Source of the DNA: Bacteroidales bacterium
GTDB taxonomy: Bacteria > Bacteroidota > Bacteroidia > Bacteroidales > VadinHA17
Length of the DNA: 60,184 bases
Assembly: GCA_019429325.1 (NCBI GenBank)
Contig: JAHYJA010000001.1
Coordinates: 1-60,184, forward strand
Direction: 5' to 3'
A model generated the notes under the pieces. That model was not told where the DNA came from, searched no databases, and worked only from the letters and a program-made list of their open reading frames with translations. Positions 38,620 to 46,429 of this stretch are shown here, in pieces; positions within the stretch are counted from its first letter, which is position 1; every line of letters begins with the position of its first letter. Made by a program: the position numbers and the translations under genes.

Positions 38620-39206
38620 CGAATGGATTATCGGAAAAGGCCAGGAATGATCTTCTGCTTGTGGAGAAGGCTAAGAACGGAAGTGAGCTTGCATTCGCCA
38701 ACCTGATGAGCCGTTACAGGGATTCCATCTATTTCATGCTCCTGAAAATGGTGAACAACCCGTCTGATGCCGAGGATCTCACGATAGAGGCATTTGGAAA
38801 AGCCTTCCGTAACCTCGAATCCTTCACACCCGAATTTGCATTCAGCACCTGGCTCTTTAAAATAGCCACAAACAATTGCATCGATTTCATCAGAAAAAAA
38901 CAGAGTTCCCCTTCACCGATCGATCAATGGCATGATGATATCGACAACCTCACCATCAACATACAATCTGATCTCCCCGACCCGGAGGAATCGCTTATCA
39001 ATGATCAGAAGATAGCTGTCCTCAGGGGAATAGTCAACCAGCTGAAGCCCCGTTACAGAACCCTTATTGAACTCAGGTACTACAAGGAATATTCCTACGA
39101 AGAGATCTCATCGGAACTTAAACTCCCCATTGGAACGGTTAAAGCGCAGCTCTACAGGGCAAAATCCCTTCTTTACAACATCTTCGTTAAAACAGGCAAC
39201 AGGTAG
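38610..39206 (+). CDS. ECF-type RNA polymerase sigma-70 family factor
   Basis: Region 2 (AEDLTIEAFGKAF, WLFKIATNNCIDFIRKK) and region 4 (YRTLIELRYYKEYSYEEISSELKLPIGTVKAQLYRAK). Its start overlaps the GT2 stop by 10 nt. Confidence 0.85.
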   Translation: MEVTNGLSEKARNDLLLVEKAKNGSELAFANLMSRYRDSIYFMLLKMVNNPSDAEDLTIEAFGKAFRNLESFTPEFAFSTWLFKIATNNCIDFIRKKQSSPSPIDQWHDDIDNLTINIQSDLPDPEESLINDQKIAVLRGIVNQLKPRYRTLIELRYYKEYSYEEISSELKLPIGTVKAQLYRAKSLLYNIFVKTGNR

Positions 39207-39847
39207 TGCCAGAGCGTATCTTCAGATATTTCCCGTCACTTTCAGAAATCCAGGCCGACAGAATCTCGCGCATGATGGAGATCTACCGTGAATGGAACGA
39301 CAGGATCAATGTTATCTCGCGAAAAGACCTTGAAAATTTCTATATTCATCATGTTCTTCATTCACTGTCGGTTGCCAGGATAATCTCCTTCCTGCCATCC
39401 ACGCGTATTCTGGATGTCGGTACAGGAGGGGGCTTCCCCGGCATACCCCTTGCCATACTCTTTCCCGCATCGGAGTTTACCCTTCTCGACTCTGTGGCGA
39501 AAAAGATAAAAGTGGCAGACGCTGTGATCGGCGGGCTTGGTCTGAGTAACGCCTTCACGGCAAGGAGAAGGATTGAAGAGGAAAAAGGAAAATATGATTT
39601 CGTCGTCAGCAGGGCTGTCACCGGCTTTCCCGCCCTGGTGAAGCTGACGGCAGGAAAAATCTCTGACAACAGCAGGAACAGCCTGCAGAATGGCATCATC
39701 TGCCTGAAGGGAGGCTCCATTGAGGATGAGCTTGCTCCTTTCAGAGACAGGGTCAGAATTTGGGACATAAAGGACTTCTTCTCAGAGCCATTCTTTGAAA
39801 CAAAAAAGATTATCTTTCTTCCGTCAGCTAAAGCTGACGGCAATTGA
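39206..39847 (+). CDS. rsmG: 16S rRNA (guanine527-N7)-methyltransferase
   Basis: SAM motif LDVGTGGGFPGIPLAI. Its GTG start overlaps the sigma stop by 1 nt (TAGTG). The last 8 codons plus the stop lie in a repeat element. Confidence 0.85.
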   Translation: MPERIFRYFPSLSEIQADRISRMMEIYREWNDRINVISRKDLENFYIHHVLHSLSVARIISFLPSTRILDVGTGGGFPGIPLAILFPASEFTLLDSVAKKIKVADAVIGGLGLSNAFTARRRIEEEKGKYDFVVSRAVTGFPALVKLTAGKISDNSRNSLQNGIICLKGGSIEDELAPFRDRVRIWDIKDFFSEPFFETKKIIFLPSAKADGN

Positions 39848-39997
39848 ATTTTCCTGAAACAGGACTAAGGTCCCGGACTGAGAAGGAGGGAGCCTCATCT
39901 GTCCGTCAGCTAAAGCTGACGGCAATTGAGCTGCTTCAATTGCCGTTGGCTTTAGCCAACGGATGTGGAAGCTTTTACTGCAGCCGGGCTTTAGCCC
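39821..39997. repeat. REP-like hairpin cluster with a 27-bp direct repeat
   Basis: ccgtcagctaaagctgacggcaattga occurs at 39821-39847 (rsmG 3' end) and again at 39903-39929. Consecutive 8-bp-stem hairpins are CCGTCAGC-TAAA-GCTGACGG (39903-39922), GGCAATTG-N8-CAATTGCC (39921-39944) and CCGTTGGC-TTTA-GCCAACGG (39943-39962), plus GGGC-TTTA-GCCC (39986-39997). Confidence 0.85.
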
Positions 39998-40053
39998 AAT
40001 AAAGCGAAATTCAAAAAAATTATCCCTTCAGCCTCAATTTTCCAAAAAAACAC

Positions 40054-40061
40054 TATATTTG
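40054..40061 (+). promoter_or_regulatory. Bacteroidota -7 promoter box
   Basis: TATATTTG lies 42 nt upstream of the rpmH ATG. Confidence 0.5.
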
Positions 40062-40102
40062 CGGTCTCAAATAAAAACAGCAACAATTAAATAATTATCA
40101 AT

Positions 40103-40258
40103 ATGAAAAGGACATTTCAGCCATCCAGGAGAAAGAGAGTGAACAAGCATGGTTTCAGGGAAAGGATGTCCACCCCTAACGGCAGAAGAGTGATTTCAGC
40201 ACGGAGGGCAAAAGGGAGGAAGAGGCTGACAGTCTCTTCTGAAATGAGGTTAAAATAA
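40103..40258 (+). CDS. rpmH: 50S ribosomal protein L34 (51 aa), not in the ORF track
   Basis: It translates to [51 protein letters not shown], which has the canonical L34 N-terminus and basic composition. Confidence 0.95.
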   Translation: MKRTFQPSRRKRVNKHGFRERMSTPNGRRVISARRAKGRKRLTVSSEMRLK

Positions 40259-40283
40259 TATTTACCAAGCCTGTAATCCATAA

Positions 40284-40315
40284 AGGGTGTCTGCTGAAAG
40301 GACACCTTTTTTTTT
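40284..40315 (+). terminator. Rho-independent terminator of rpmH
   Basis: The stem AGGGTGTC / GACACCT has a core of 6 Watson-Crick pairs and a 9-nt loop, followed by a run of 9 T. Confidence 0.8.
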
Positions 40316-40316
40316 C

Positions 40317-40324
40317 TACCTTTG
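40317..40324 (+). promoter_or_regulatory. Bacteroidota -7 promoter box
   Basis: TACCTTTG lies 25 nt upstream of the ATG at 40349. Confidence 0.45.
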
Positions 40325-40348
40325 CCTGCATCATTTCATGCGGTTTCA

Positions 40349-41449
40349 ATGAACGGACTGGCCGATTATATTGATAATGAAGCATTGAAGCAGATATCCG
40401 CCAGGATAGATGCCGGTGAGAGGATAACTCCCGCGGAAGGCTTGATGTTATACGAAAAGGCAGGCCTGCCTCTCCTGGGGATGCTGGCCGGAAGAGTCAG
40501 AAGACGGCTTAACGGTAATTCAGCCTTCTTTAACCGTAATTTCCATATCGAACCAACAAACTTATGCATTCACAACTGCCTCTTCTGCTCGTATCAAAAG
40601 AGCGAAGGCGATCCCGGGAGCTGGGATTACGGACACGATGAGATACTCGAAGCATTAAGGCGTTTTGATGAAGAAAAAATTACAGAGGTGCATATTACAG
40701 GAGGAGTACACCCCGGCCACGGTCTGGATTTCTACTGCAAGATGGTCCGTATGATCAAACAACACAGGCCATCACTGCACGTGAAAGCATTTTCCGCAAT
40801 TGAGATCGATCATATGATCAGCAGGGAAAACCTCACAATGGAAGAGGGTCTCCGCAGGCTTGTCGATTGTGGAGTTGACTCCATACCAGGCGGAGGCGCT
40901 GAGATATTTGATGAGAAACTGAGGGAGAAGATTTGCCCGGGAAAAACCTCCTCTGAGAAATGGCTGGAGATTCACGAAACAGCTCATAAGATTGGAATTA
41001 AATCTAATGCCACAATGCTTTACGGGCATTTTGAATCGTACAGCCACCGGATAGACCACATGGAACGGCTCAGGAAGCTCCAGGACAGAACCTCCGGTTT
41101 CAATGCTTTCATACCACTCAGGTTCAGAAACGCGAATAACCGCATGGAGCACCTTGGTGAGGTGAGCGTAACCGAAGACCTGAGAAATTACGCAGTCGCA
41201 AGACTCTTCCTTGATAATATCCCCCACATCAAGGCATACTGGCCGATGACAGGCAGGGAGGTCGCCCAAATGGCACTCTCTTTCGGTGCTGACGATCTCG
41301 ATGGCACAATCGGAGATACTACGAAAATTTACTCCATGGCCGGGGCAGGTGAACAGAATCCCGTCATTACCGTCGAGGAAATAACGAGACTTATCTGCGA
41401 AGCAGGCTACCAGCCGGTAGAGAGAGACTCCGCTTACAACCCGGTCTGA
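40349..41449 (+). CDS. Radical SAM enzyme of the MqnE/MqnC/CofH family (futalosine-route menaquinone biosynthesis type)
   Basis: Radical SAM cluster motif CIHNCLFCSY sits ~55 aa from the N-terminus. ~367 aa, with a C-terminal CofH/MqnC-like region (DDLDGTI). I cannot distinguish the subfamily by eye. Confidence 0.6.
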   Translation: MNGLADYIDNEALKQISARIDAGERITPAEGLMLYEKAGLPLLGMLAGRVRRRLNGNSAFFNRNFHIEPTNLCIHNCLFCSYQKSEGDPGSWDYGHDEILEALRRFDEEKITEVHITGGVHPGHGLDFYCKMVRMIKQHRPSLHVKAFSAIEIDHMISRENLTMEEGLRRLVDCGVDSIPGGGAEIFDEKLREKICPGKTSSEKWLEIHETAHKIGIKSNATMLYGHFESYSHRIDHMERLRKLQDRTSGFNAFIPLRFRNANNRMEHLGEVSVTEDLRNYAVARLFLDNIPHIKAYWPMTGREVAQMALSFGADDLDGTIGDTTKIYSMAGAGEQNPVITVEEITRLICEAGYQPVERDSAYNPV

Positions 41450-41477
41450 TCAGCTCTCCACTTAATAATTTTATCAT

Positions 41478-41485
41478 TACATTTG
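41478..41485 (+). promoter_or_regulatory. Bacteroidota -7 promoter box
   Basis: TACATTTG lies 29 nt upstream of the ATG at 41514. Confidence 0.45.
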
Positions 41486-41513
41486 CGTTATATCTAATGT
41501 TCAATAAACCGGT

Positions 41514-42356
41514 ATGAGCCTGAAGAACTTCCTCCTCAGTAAGATTTTCCTGAAAAACCTGGTCCTGGCCGTTGTGATCGCAATCGGCCTGATAATTCTT
41601 TTGCTTGTATCGCTTAATTTCTATACACGTCACGGACAGGCCCGGCCTGTACCGGATTTCACCGGCCTGAATCTGGACGAGGTCGCTCAGCTCGCCAGAA
41701 AGAACAGGCTGAAATTCGTGGTAATCGATTCTGTGTATACCTCAAACGTGCCAAGAGGTTATATTGCGGAGCAAAATCCTCAGCCCGGGTTCAAAGTAAA
41801 AAAATGGAGGAACATTATTCTTACTATTAATGCTTTTCACCCCGAAATGGTGGCAATGCCCGACCTGGTTGACCTGCCCAAGAGGCAGGCTCTGGCCCTG
41901 ATTGAGAGCTCGGGCCTGAAAATGGGGGAACTCAGGTATATACCCGACCTTTCTGTTGATGTTGTTCTCAGACAGTTGCTTAACGAAAGAGAGATCGCTG
42001 CAGGTGATTCCCTCCAGAAAGGCTCGGTAATCGACCTTATCCTGGGAAAAGGATTGAGTAATCTGAGGACCCCCGTCCCCAACCTTTCCGGCATGACTCT
42101 TGAACCTGCCAGAAACAGGATTCTCGGAGCCTCCCTTAACCTCAGGACCTTCATTTATGACAATACCATCAGATCCGGAAGTGATTCTGTCAAGGCTTTC
42201 GTCTACCGGCAAAATCCTGAGTTCAGGGAGGACCTGACACTTCAGCTTGGTTCCGATATTTACCTCTGGCTGACGATTGATTCTGCCAAACTGCCCGGTG
42301 AGCCAGGCATGATGCTGCCAGACACCATTCCCGGGATTGAACTGCCTGAGCTTTAG
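41514..42356 (+). CDS. Membrane-anchored PASTA-domain protein (no kinase or PBP domain)
   Basis: An N-terminal TM helix (LVLAVVIAIGLIILLLVSL) is followed by three ~65-aa PASTA-like repeats (VPDFTGLNLDEV..., MPDLVDLPKRQA..., VPNLSGMTLEPA...). Confidence 0.7.
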   Translation: MSLKNFLLSKIFLKNLVLAVVIAIGLIILLLVSLNFYTRHGQARPVPDFTGLNLDEVAQLARKNRLKFVVIDSVYTSNVPRGYIAEQNPQPGFKVKKWRNIILTINAFHPEMVAMPDLVDLPKRQALALIESSGLKMGELRYIPDLSVDVVLRQLLNEREIAAGDSLQKGSVIDLILGKGLSNLRTPVPNLSGMTLEPARNRILGASLNLRTFIYDNTIRSGSDSVKAFVYRQNPEFREDLTLQLGSDIYLWLTIDSAKLPGEPGMMLPDTIPGIELPEL

Positions 42357-42369
42357 AACTGATAATCTG

Positions 42370-44229
42370 ATGTTTAAGAAAATTGTCCCATACCTGCTGA
42401 TTCTCAACCTGTTTTTTTCAGGTTCGCATGCCCAGGAGGTAGTGACAGGTTTGCCATCCCAGATTCAGATCATTGAGAAGAATTCCGGCAGCTTAAGGAC
42501 CAAGGGAATCTCAGCCGATATGATCCCCCTTCCGTTTTTTGACGATTTCTCAGGCAGTTCAATATTTCCCGACCCCTCGCACTGGTCAGATGATTTTGCA
42601 TTCATCAACAACACCTATTCCGACCGCCAGATAACTACCGGTGTGGCAACGCTGGATGCTATCGACAATTACGGAAGGCTTTATGAATCAGCGGCAACCA
42701 CAGTATTCAGGGCCGACCAGCTTACATCCCAGCCAATTGATCTTGCTTATCCTGCATCCGACAACATCTGGCTCAGTTTCTGGTATCAGCCTGGCGGTCT
42801 GGGTGATCAGCCTGAACCTAACGATTCGCTTACACTTCAGTTCCTTGCCCCTGAAGAGGGAATATGGTATTCGGTCTGGAAAGCGGAAGGGTCGGACCAG
42901 CCGGATTTCAAGCCGGTCATAATCAGGATCGAAGATGCACGTTATCTTATGGAAGGATTCAGGTTCCGTTTCGTCAACTATGCCAGCCTGACCCCAAATA
43001 TTAGCGATCCTGCAATGACAGGCAATTGTGATCACTGGAACCTGGATTACGTGCTGCTCGACCGAAACAGGCACGAAGCGGACACTCTCTTCAGGGATGT
43101 TGCATTCACTAACGGATTACGTTCACTTCTGAAAACACACGAATCAATGCCGTGGAATCAGTTCCGGCAGGCCTCTCTGCAGGAAATGGGCTCCTTTATA
43201 CCAATCAGCTACCGTAACAACGACAATATAATCAGGAACGTTACACGTAATTTCCGGATCCGGGATGTTTACAGGAACCAGCAGTCACACTCATTCTCCG
43301 CTGGAGCAACCAATATAGATCCTCAGACAAACGTGGATTATAACGCCAGTCTGATATACACATTCAATACCACCGGCAGCGATTCAGCGCTATTCAATAT
43401 CACAGCCTGGCTGATAACCGATGATTTCGACCCGAAAGCAAACGACACCATAAGGTACGAACAACGGTTCAGCAACTATTTTGCTTTTGATGACGGATCA
43501 GCCGAAGGGGGCTACGGAATAAACGGCCTCGGATCGAGAAATGCCATGGCTGCCTACAGATTCAAATCTTTCATCCGCGACACTCTCAGAGCTGTTCGTA
43601 TATGCTTTAACGACAGCTATATGAATTCAAACAGAAGATCTTTCGACCTGATGGTGTGGGACGATAACCTGGGATCACCGGGGAATGTGATCTATTCACT
43701 TGAGGAAGTGATGGTTGAACAGGGACCAAGGATCAATGGATTTTACACATATCTTCTGCCAGACGGGGTTATGGTGGATGATGTTTTTTATGTCGGATGG
43801 CGACAGCGGTCCGAGACTTTCCTGAATGCCGGCTATGATGTCAACACCCCGCATGGAAACAGACAGTTTTACTGGCTTAACGGCTCATGGAACCAGTCGC
43901 AGGTAAGTGGAAGCGTAATGATCCGGCCTGTCGTCGGGGAACCCCTTAAAACCACTTCAATCGACCCTGTGCCGGAAGAAGGTGAAAACACCTTCAGAAT
44001 AAGGATATGGCCCAACCCCGCTTCCGGTTTCATCAATCTGGGATATGACGAATCAATCATGCCTGTCAATGCCAGCATTACCGTCATTGATCTCCAGGGC
44101 CGCGAACAGATGAACGTAAAGCTCGCCAGTCGCATCGACATCTCCTTCCTTCCCGCAGGAATCTACATTGTAATTCCCAGGCTGAACGGGAGGCCGGCAG
44201 CTCATTACCGTCTGGTCAAAACAAGGTAA
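42370..44229 (+). CDS. Secreted protein of unknown function with a T9SS C-terminal sorting domain
   Basis: Signal peptide MFKKIVPYLLILNLFFSGSHAQ. The C-terminal ~80 aa (IWPNPASGFINL...ITVIDLQGRE...LPAGIYIV) match the type-A T9SS CTD pattern. Confidence 0.65.
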   Translation: MFKKIVPYLLILNLFFSGSHAQEVVTGLPSQIQIIEKNSGSLRTKGISADMIPLPFFDDFSGSSIFPDPSHWSDDFAFINNTYSDRQITTGVATLDAIDNYGRLYESAATTVFRADQLTSQPIDLAYPASDNIWLSFWYQPGGLGDQPEPNDSLTLQFLAPEEGIWYSVWKAEGSDQPDFKPVIIRIEDARYLMEGFRFRFVNYASLTPNISDPAMTGNCDHWNLDYVLLDRNRHEADTLFRDVAFTNGLRSLLKTHESMPWNQFRQASLQEMGSFIPISYRNNDNIIRNVTRNFRIRDVYRNQQSHSFSAGATNIDPQTNVDYNASLIYTFNTTGSDSALFNITAWLITDDFDPKANDTIRYEQRFSNYFAFDDGSAEGGYGINGLGSRNAMAAYRFKSFIRDTLRAVRICFNDSYMNSNRRSFDLMVWDDNLGSPGNVIYSLEEVMVEQGPRINGFYTYLLPDGVMVDDVFYVGWRQRSETFLNAGYDVNTPHGNRQFYWLNGSWNQSQVSGSVMIRPVVGEPLKTTSIDPVPEEGENTFRIRIWPNPASGFINLGYDESIMPVNASITVIDLQGREQMNVKLASRIDISFLPAGIYIVIPRLNGRPAAHYRLVKTR

Positions 44230-44237
44230 TCGCGGTA

Positions 44238-45269
44238 ATGGCAGAAGAAGAACTCCCCGATCAGCAGGAACTATTTGAACATTTCAGATTTAATGTTGAG
44301 CCCGGGCAATCCATGCTGAGGCTGGACAAATATCTTTTCTCCAGGATCGAAAATATTTCAAGGACACGTATCCAGGATGCTGCCGCAGCAGGCAACATAC
44401 TGGTTAACAACAAGCCTGTCAGGGCAAGCTACAGGGTAAAACCCGGTGATATGATCCAGATTGTACTCCCTGCGCCACCCCGAGAAATAGAGCTTATTCC
44501 CGAGAACATCCCCCTGGACATCGTTTATGAAGATGATGATGTGATTGTGGTGAATAAGAAACCCGGCATGGTTGTTCATCCGGCCTATGGGAATTATACC
44601 GGCACACTGATAAATGCACTGATGTGGCATTTCAGGGATCTTCCGCTGTTTCAGACCGGCGAGCTCAGACCCGGACTGGTGCACAGGATCGATAAGGACA
44701 CTTCCGGCATAATTGTCGTGGCAAAAAATGAGCTCAGCCTTAACCGCTTATCGCGCCAGTTCTATGAACGTACCACTGACCGTTTGTACACTGCCATCGT
44801 CTGGGGCCGGCCGGAACCTGCCTCCGGGACCATCACGGGCCATGTCGGAAGGAACATAAGAGACAGAAAGATCATGCAGGTCTTTCCTGATGGCAGTCAG
44901 GGCAAACCTGCGGTAACACATTATAAGGTCATTGAGGATCTTGGCTATATTTCAGTCGTTGAATGCAAGCTTGAGACCGGAAGGACTCATCAGATAAGGG
45001 TCCATTTCAGCTGGTTCAGACATCCCCTGTTCAATGATGACGAGTATGGTGGTGACAGGATACTAAAGGGAACCGTCTTCAGCAAGTATCAGCAATTCGT
45101 CAGAAACTGCTTTGAAATTTTGCCCCGTCAGGCGCTTCACGCACGGTCGCTTGCATTTGATCATCCTGCTACCGGGGAGAGGCTCTCCTTCGTATCTGAC
45201 CTTCCCGGTGATATGCAGACAGTGATCGATAAATGGAGGGCATATATCTCAGGAAGGGCTGAGGGCTGA
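44238..45269 (+). CDS. rluD: 23S rRNA pseudouridine synthase, RluD/RluA family
   Basis: N-terminal S4 domain and catalytic motif HRIDKDTSG. The last 4 codons and the TGA stop lie inside the GGGCTGA array. Confidence 0.9.
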   Translation: MAEEELPDQQELFEHFRFNVEPGQSMLRLDKYLFSRIENISRTRIQDAAAAGNILVNNKPVRASYRVKPGDMIQIVLPAPPREIELIPENIPLDIVYEDDDVIVVNKKPGMVVHPAYGNYTGTLINALMWHFRDLPLFQTGELRPGLVHRIDKDTSGIIVVAKNELSLNRLSRQFYERTTDRLYTAIVWGRPEPASGTITGHVGRNIRDRKIMQVFPDGSQGKPAVTHYKVIEDLGYISVVECKLETGRTHQIRVHFSWFRHPLFNDDEYGGDRILKGTVFSKYQQFVRNCFEILPRQALHARSLAFDHPATGERLSFVSDLPGDMQTVIDKWRAYISGRAEG

Positions 45270-45307
45270 GGGCTGAGGGCTGAGGGCTGAGGGCTGAGTG
45301 CTGAGGG
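45256..45307. repeat. Heptamer tandem array (GGGCTGA) x ~7.4
   Basis: Six perfect copies plus GTGCTGA and GGG. The array contains the rluD stop codon. Confidence 0.95.
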
Positions 45308-45312
45308 AAGAT

Positions 45313-45353
45313 TTGTGAGTTGTGAGTTGTGAGTTGTGAGTTGTGAGTTGTGA
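45313..45353. repeat. Heptamer tandem array (TTGTGAG) x ~5.9
   Basis: Perfect copies. It is related to the TTGTGAT arrays at 55647 and 59567-59648. Confidence 0.95.
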
Positions 45354-45385
45354 TTAGGCTGAGCTGCCATCCCTTGTAATACGCC

Positions 45386-45426
45386 TGAATGACTATTGAA
45401 TGACTATTGAATGACTATTGAATGAC
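45386..45426. repeat. 11-mer tandem array (TGAATGACTAT) x ~3.7
   Basis: Three perfect copies plus a partial one. Confidence 0.95.
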
Positions 45427-45434
45427 CAGATAAT

Positions 45435-45469
45435 TCGCTCCATCGCTTTGTCGCTCCATCGCTCCATCA
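45435..45469. repeat. Octamer tandem array (TCGCTCCA) x ~4
   Basis: tcgctcca tcgctttg tcgctcca tcgctcca tca. Confidence 0.85.
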
Positions 45470-45483
45470 TTCCCTGCTTCCTG

Positions 45484-45590
45484 CTTTGCCAGCCGTCTTC
45501 GTCGGCCGTAGGTCGACTTCGACGACCGAAGGCCGAAGCCTTGCTTTGCCAACCGTAGCCATGCGGAGGTTGGGCGAAGGCTGGCTCCCC
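45484..45590. repeat. GC-rich hairpin block sharing words with the 59.7-59.9 kb locus
   Basis: CTTTGCCAGCC (45484) and GCGAAGGCTGGC (45574) are both also present near 59722/59831/59869. Local stems are GGTCG-N7-CGACC and CCAACC-N13-GGTTGG. Confidence 0.75.
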
Positions 45591-45610
45591 GCTCTACGCT
45601 CTACTCTATC

Positions 45611-46429
45611 TCACCATCTGCCGCCGGCACCACCTCCTCCGAAACTGCCTCCTCCGAATCCGCCGAATCCGCCGCCAGACCCTGTTCCTCCTCCTCCCGA
45701 GAATCCTCCCCAACTGCCGCTGTGCCTGCTGCTGCCTGAATTCATCATTGCCAGCAGCATCCACACAGGAAGCCCCTTTTTGCTTATATGCCTCTGGTTC
45801 GAGCCTCCCTTTGTACGGATAAACAATATCGTCACCAGTACGATTATGAAAATAACAAAAGGTATGACATCACTTACATTGCCCCTCATCTCTTTGCTAT
45901 ACTCGTCCGCAGTAAACTCCCTGGCTGCAAGCGACATGATGACGTCAGTGGCTTTGTCGAGGCCATTGTAAAAATTTCCAGCCCTGAACTCTGGCAGTAT
46001 CTCGTAATCTACTATCTGACCGCAGACAATATCAGGGATTACCCCTTCAAGGCCGTATCCCGGCGCAATAAAGACCTCACCAACCGGCGACACTGTTGTT
46101 TTTGGCTTTACAAGTATCAGAACGCCGTTATCCAGGCCCTGACGGCCTATTCCCCACTTTTCAGCAAGACGGTGGGCATAATCTGCCACGTCGTATCCCC
46201 CGAGATCTGAAACAGTAACAACAGCTATCTGGGTTGATGTGGTGTCGCTGAATGCGACAAGCTTGCCCTCGAGCATGTTTATCTCCCCTGATGTCAGCAT
46301 CCCGGCAAAGTCGTTTACAAGCCTGGGGGGAGATGGCTTATCCGGGATTGTCTGGGCTGCAACATTGCCGGTGATGCCTGTGCCAGCAAGCAAAACATAT
46401 ATGATCAGAATAACGTATCTCGTTTTCAT
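45611..46429 (-). CDS. TPM-domain protein with a TM helix and Gly-rich C-terminal tail (YgcG-like)
   Basis: Signal peptide, TPM/phosphatase-like domain (NDFAGMLTSGE...QIAVVTV), a TM segment (VIPFVIFIIVLVTILFI), and the tail GSWGGFSGGGGTGSGGGFGGFGGGSFGGGGAGGRW. Confidence 0.75.
   Translation of the reverse strand: MKTRYVILIIYVLLAGTGITGNVAAQTIPDKPSPPRLVNDFAGMLTSGEINMLEGKLVAFSDTTSTQIAVVTVSDLGGYDVADYAHRLAEKWGIGRQGLDNGVLILVKPKTTVSPVGEVFIAPGYGLEGVIPDIVCGQIVDYEILPEFRAGNFYNGLDKATDVIMSLAAREFTADEYSKEMRGNVSDVIPFVIFIIVLVTILFIRTKGGSNQRHISKKGLPVWMLLAMMNSGSSRHSGSWGGFSGGGGTGSGGGFGGFGGGSFGGGGAGGRW

Noticed and set aside
45161-45370. 69-aa minus-strand ORF (…HNSQLTTHNSQLT…PSALSPQPSALSPQPSAL…).
   Set aside because: It is simply the translation of the TTGTGAG and GGGCTGA arrays. 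It overlaps the rluD 3' end and has periodic low-complexity sequence and no start context.
45486-45971. 161-aa plus-strand proline-rich ORF.
   Set aside because: It lies antisense to the Gly-rich tail of the TPM protein (GGN codons read as CCN) and extends into the hairpin block. The minus-strand TPM gene has clear family features.
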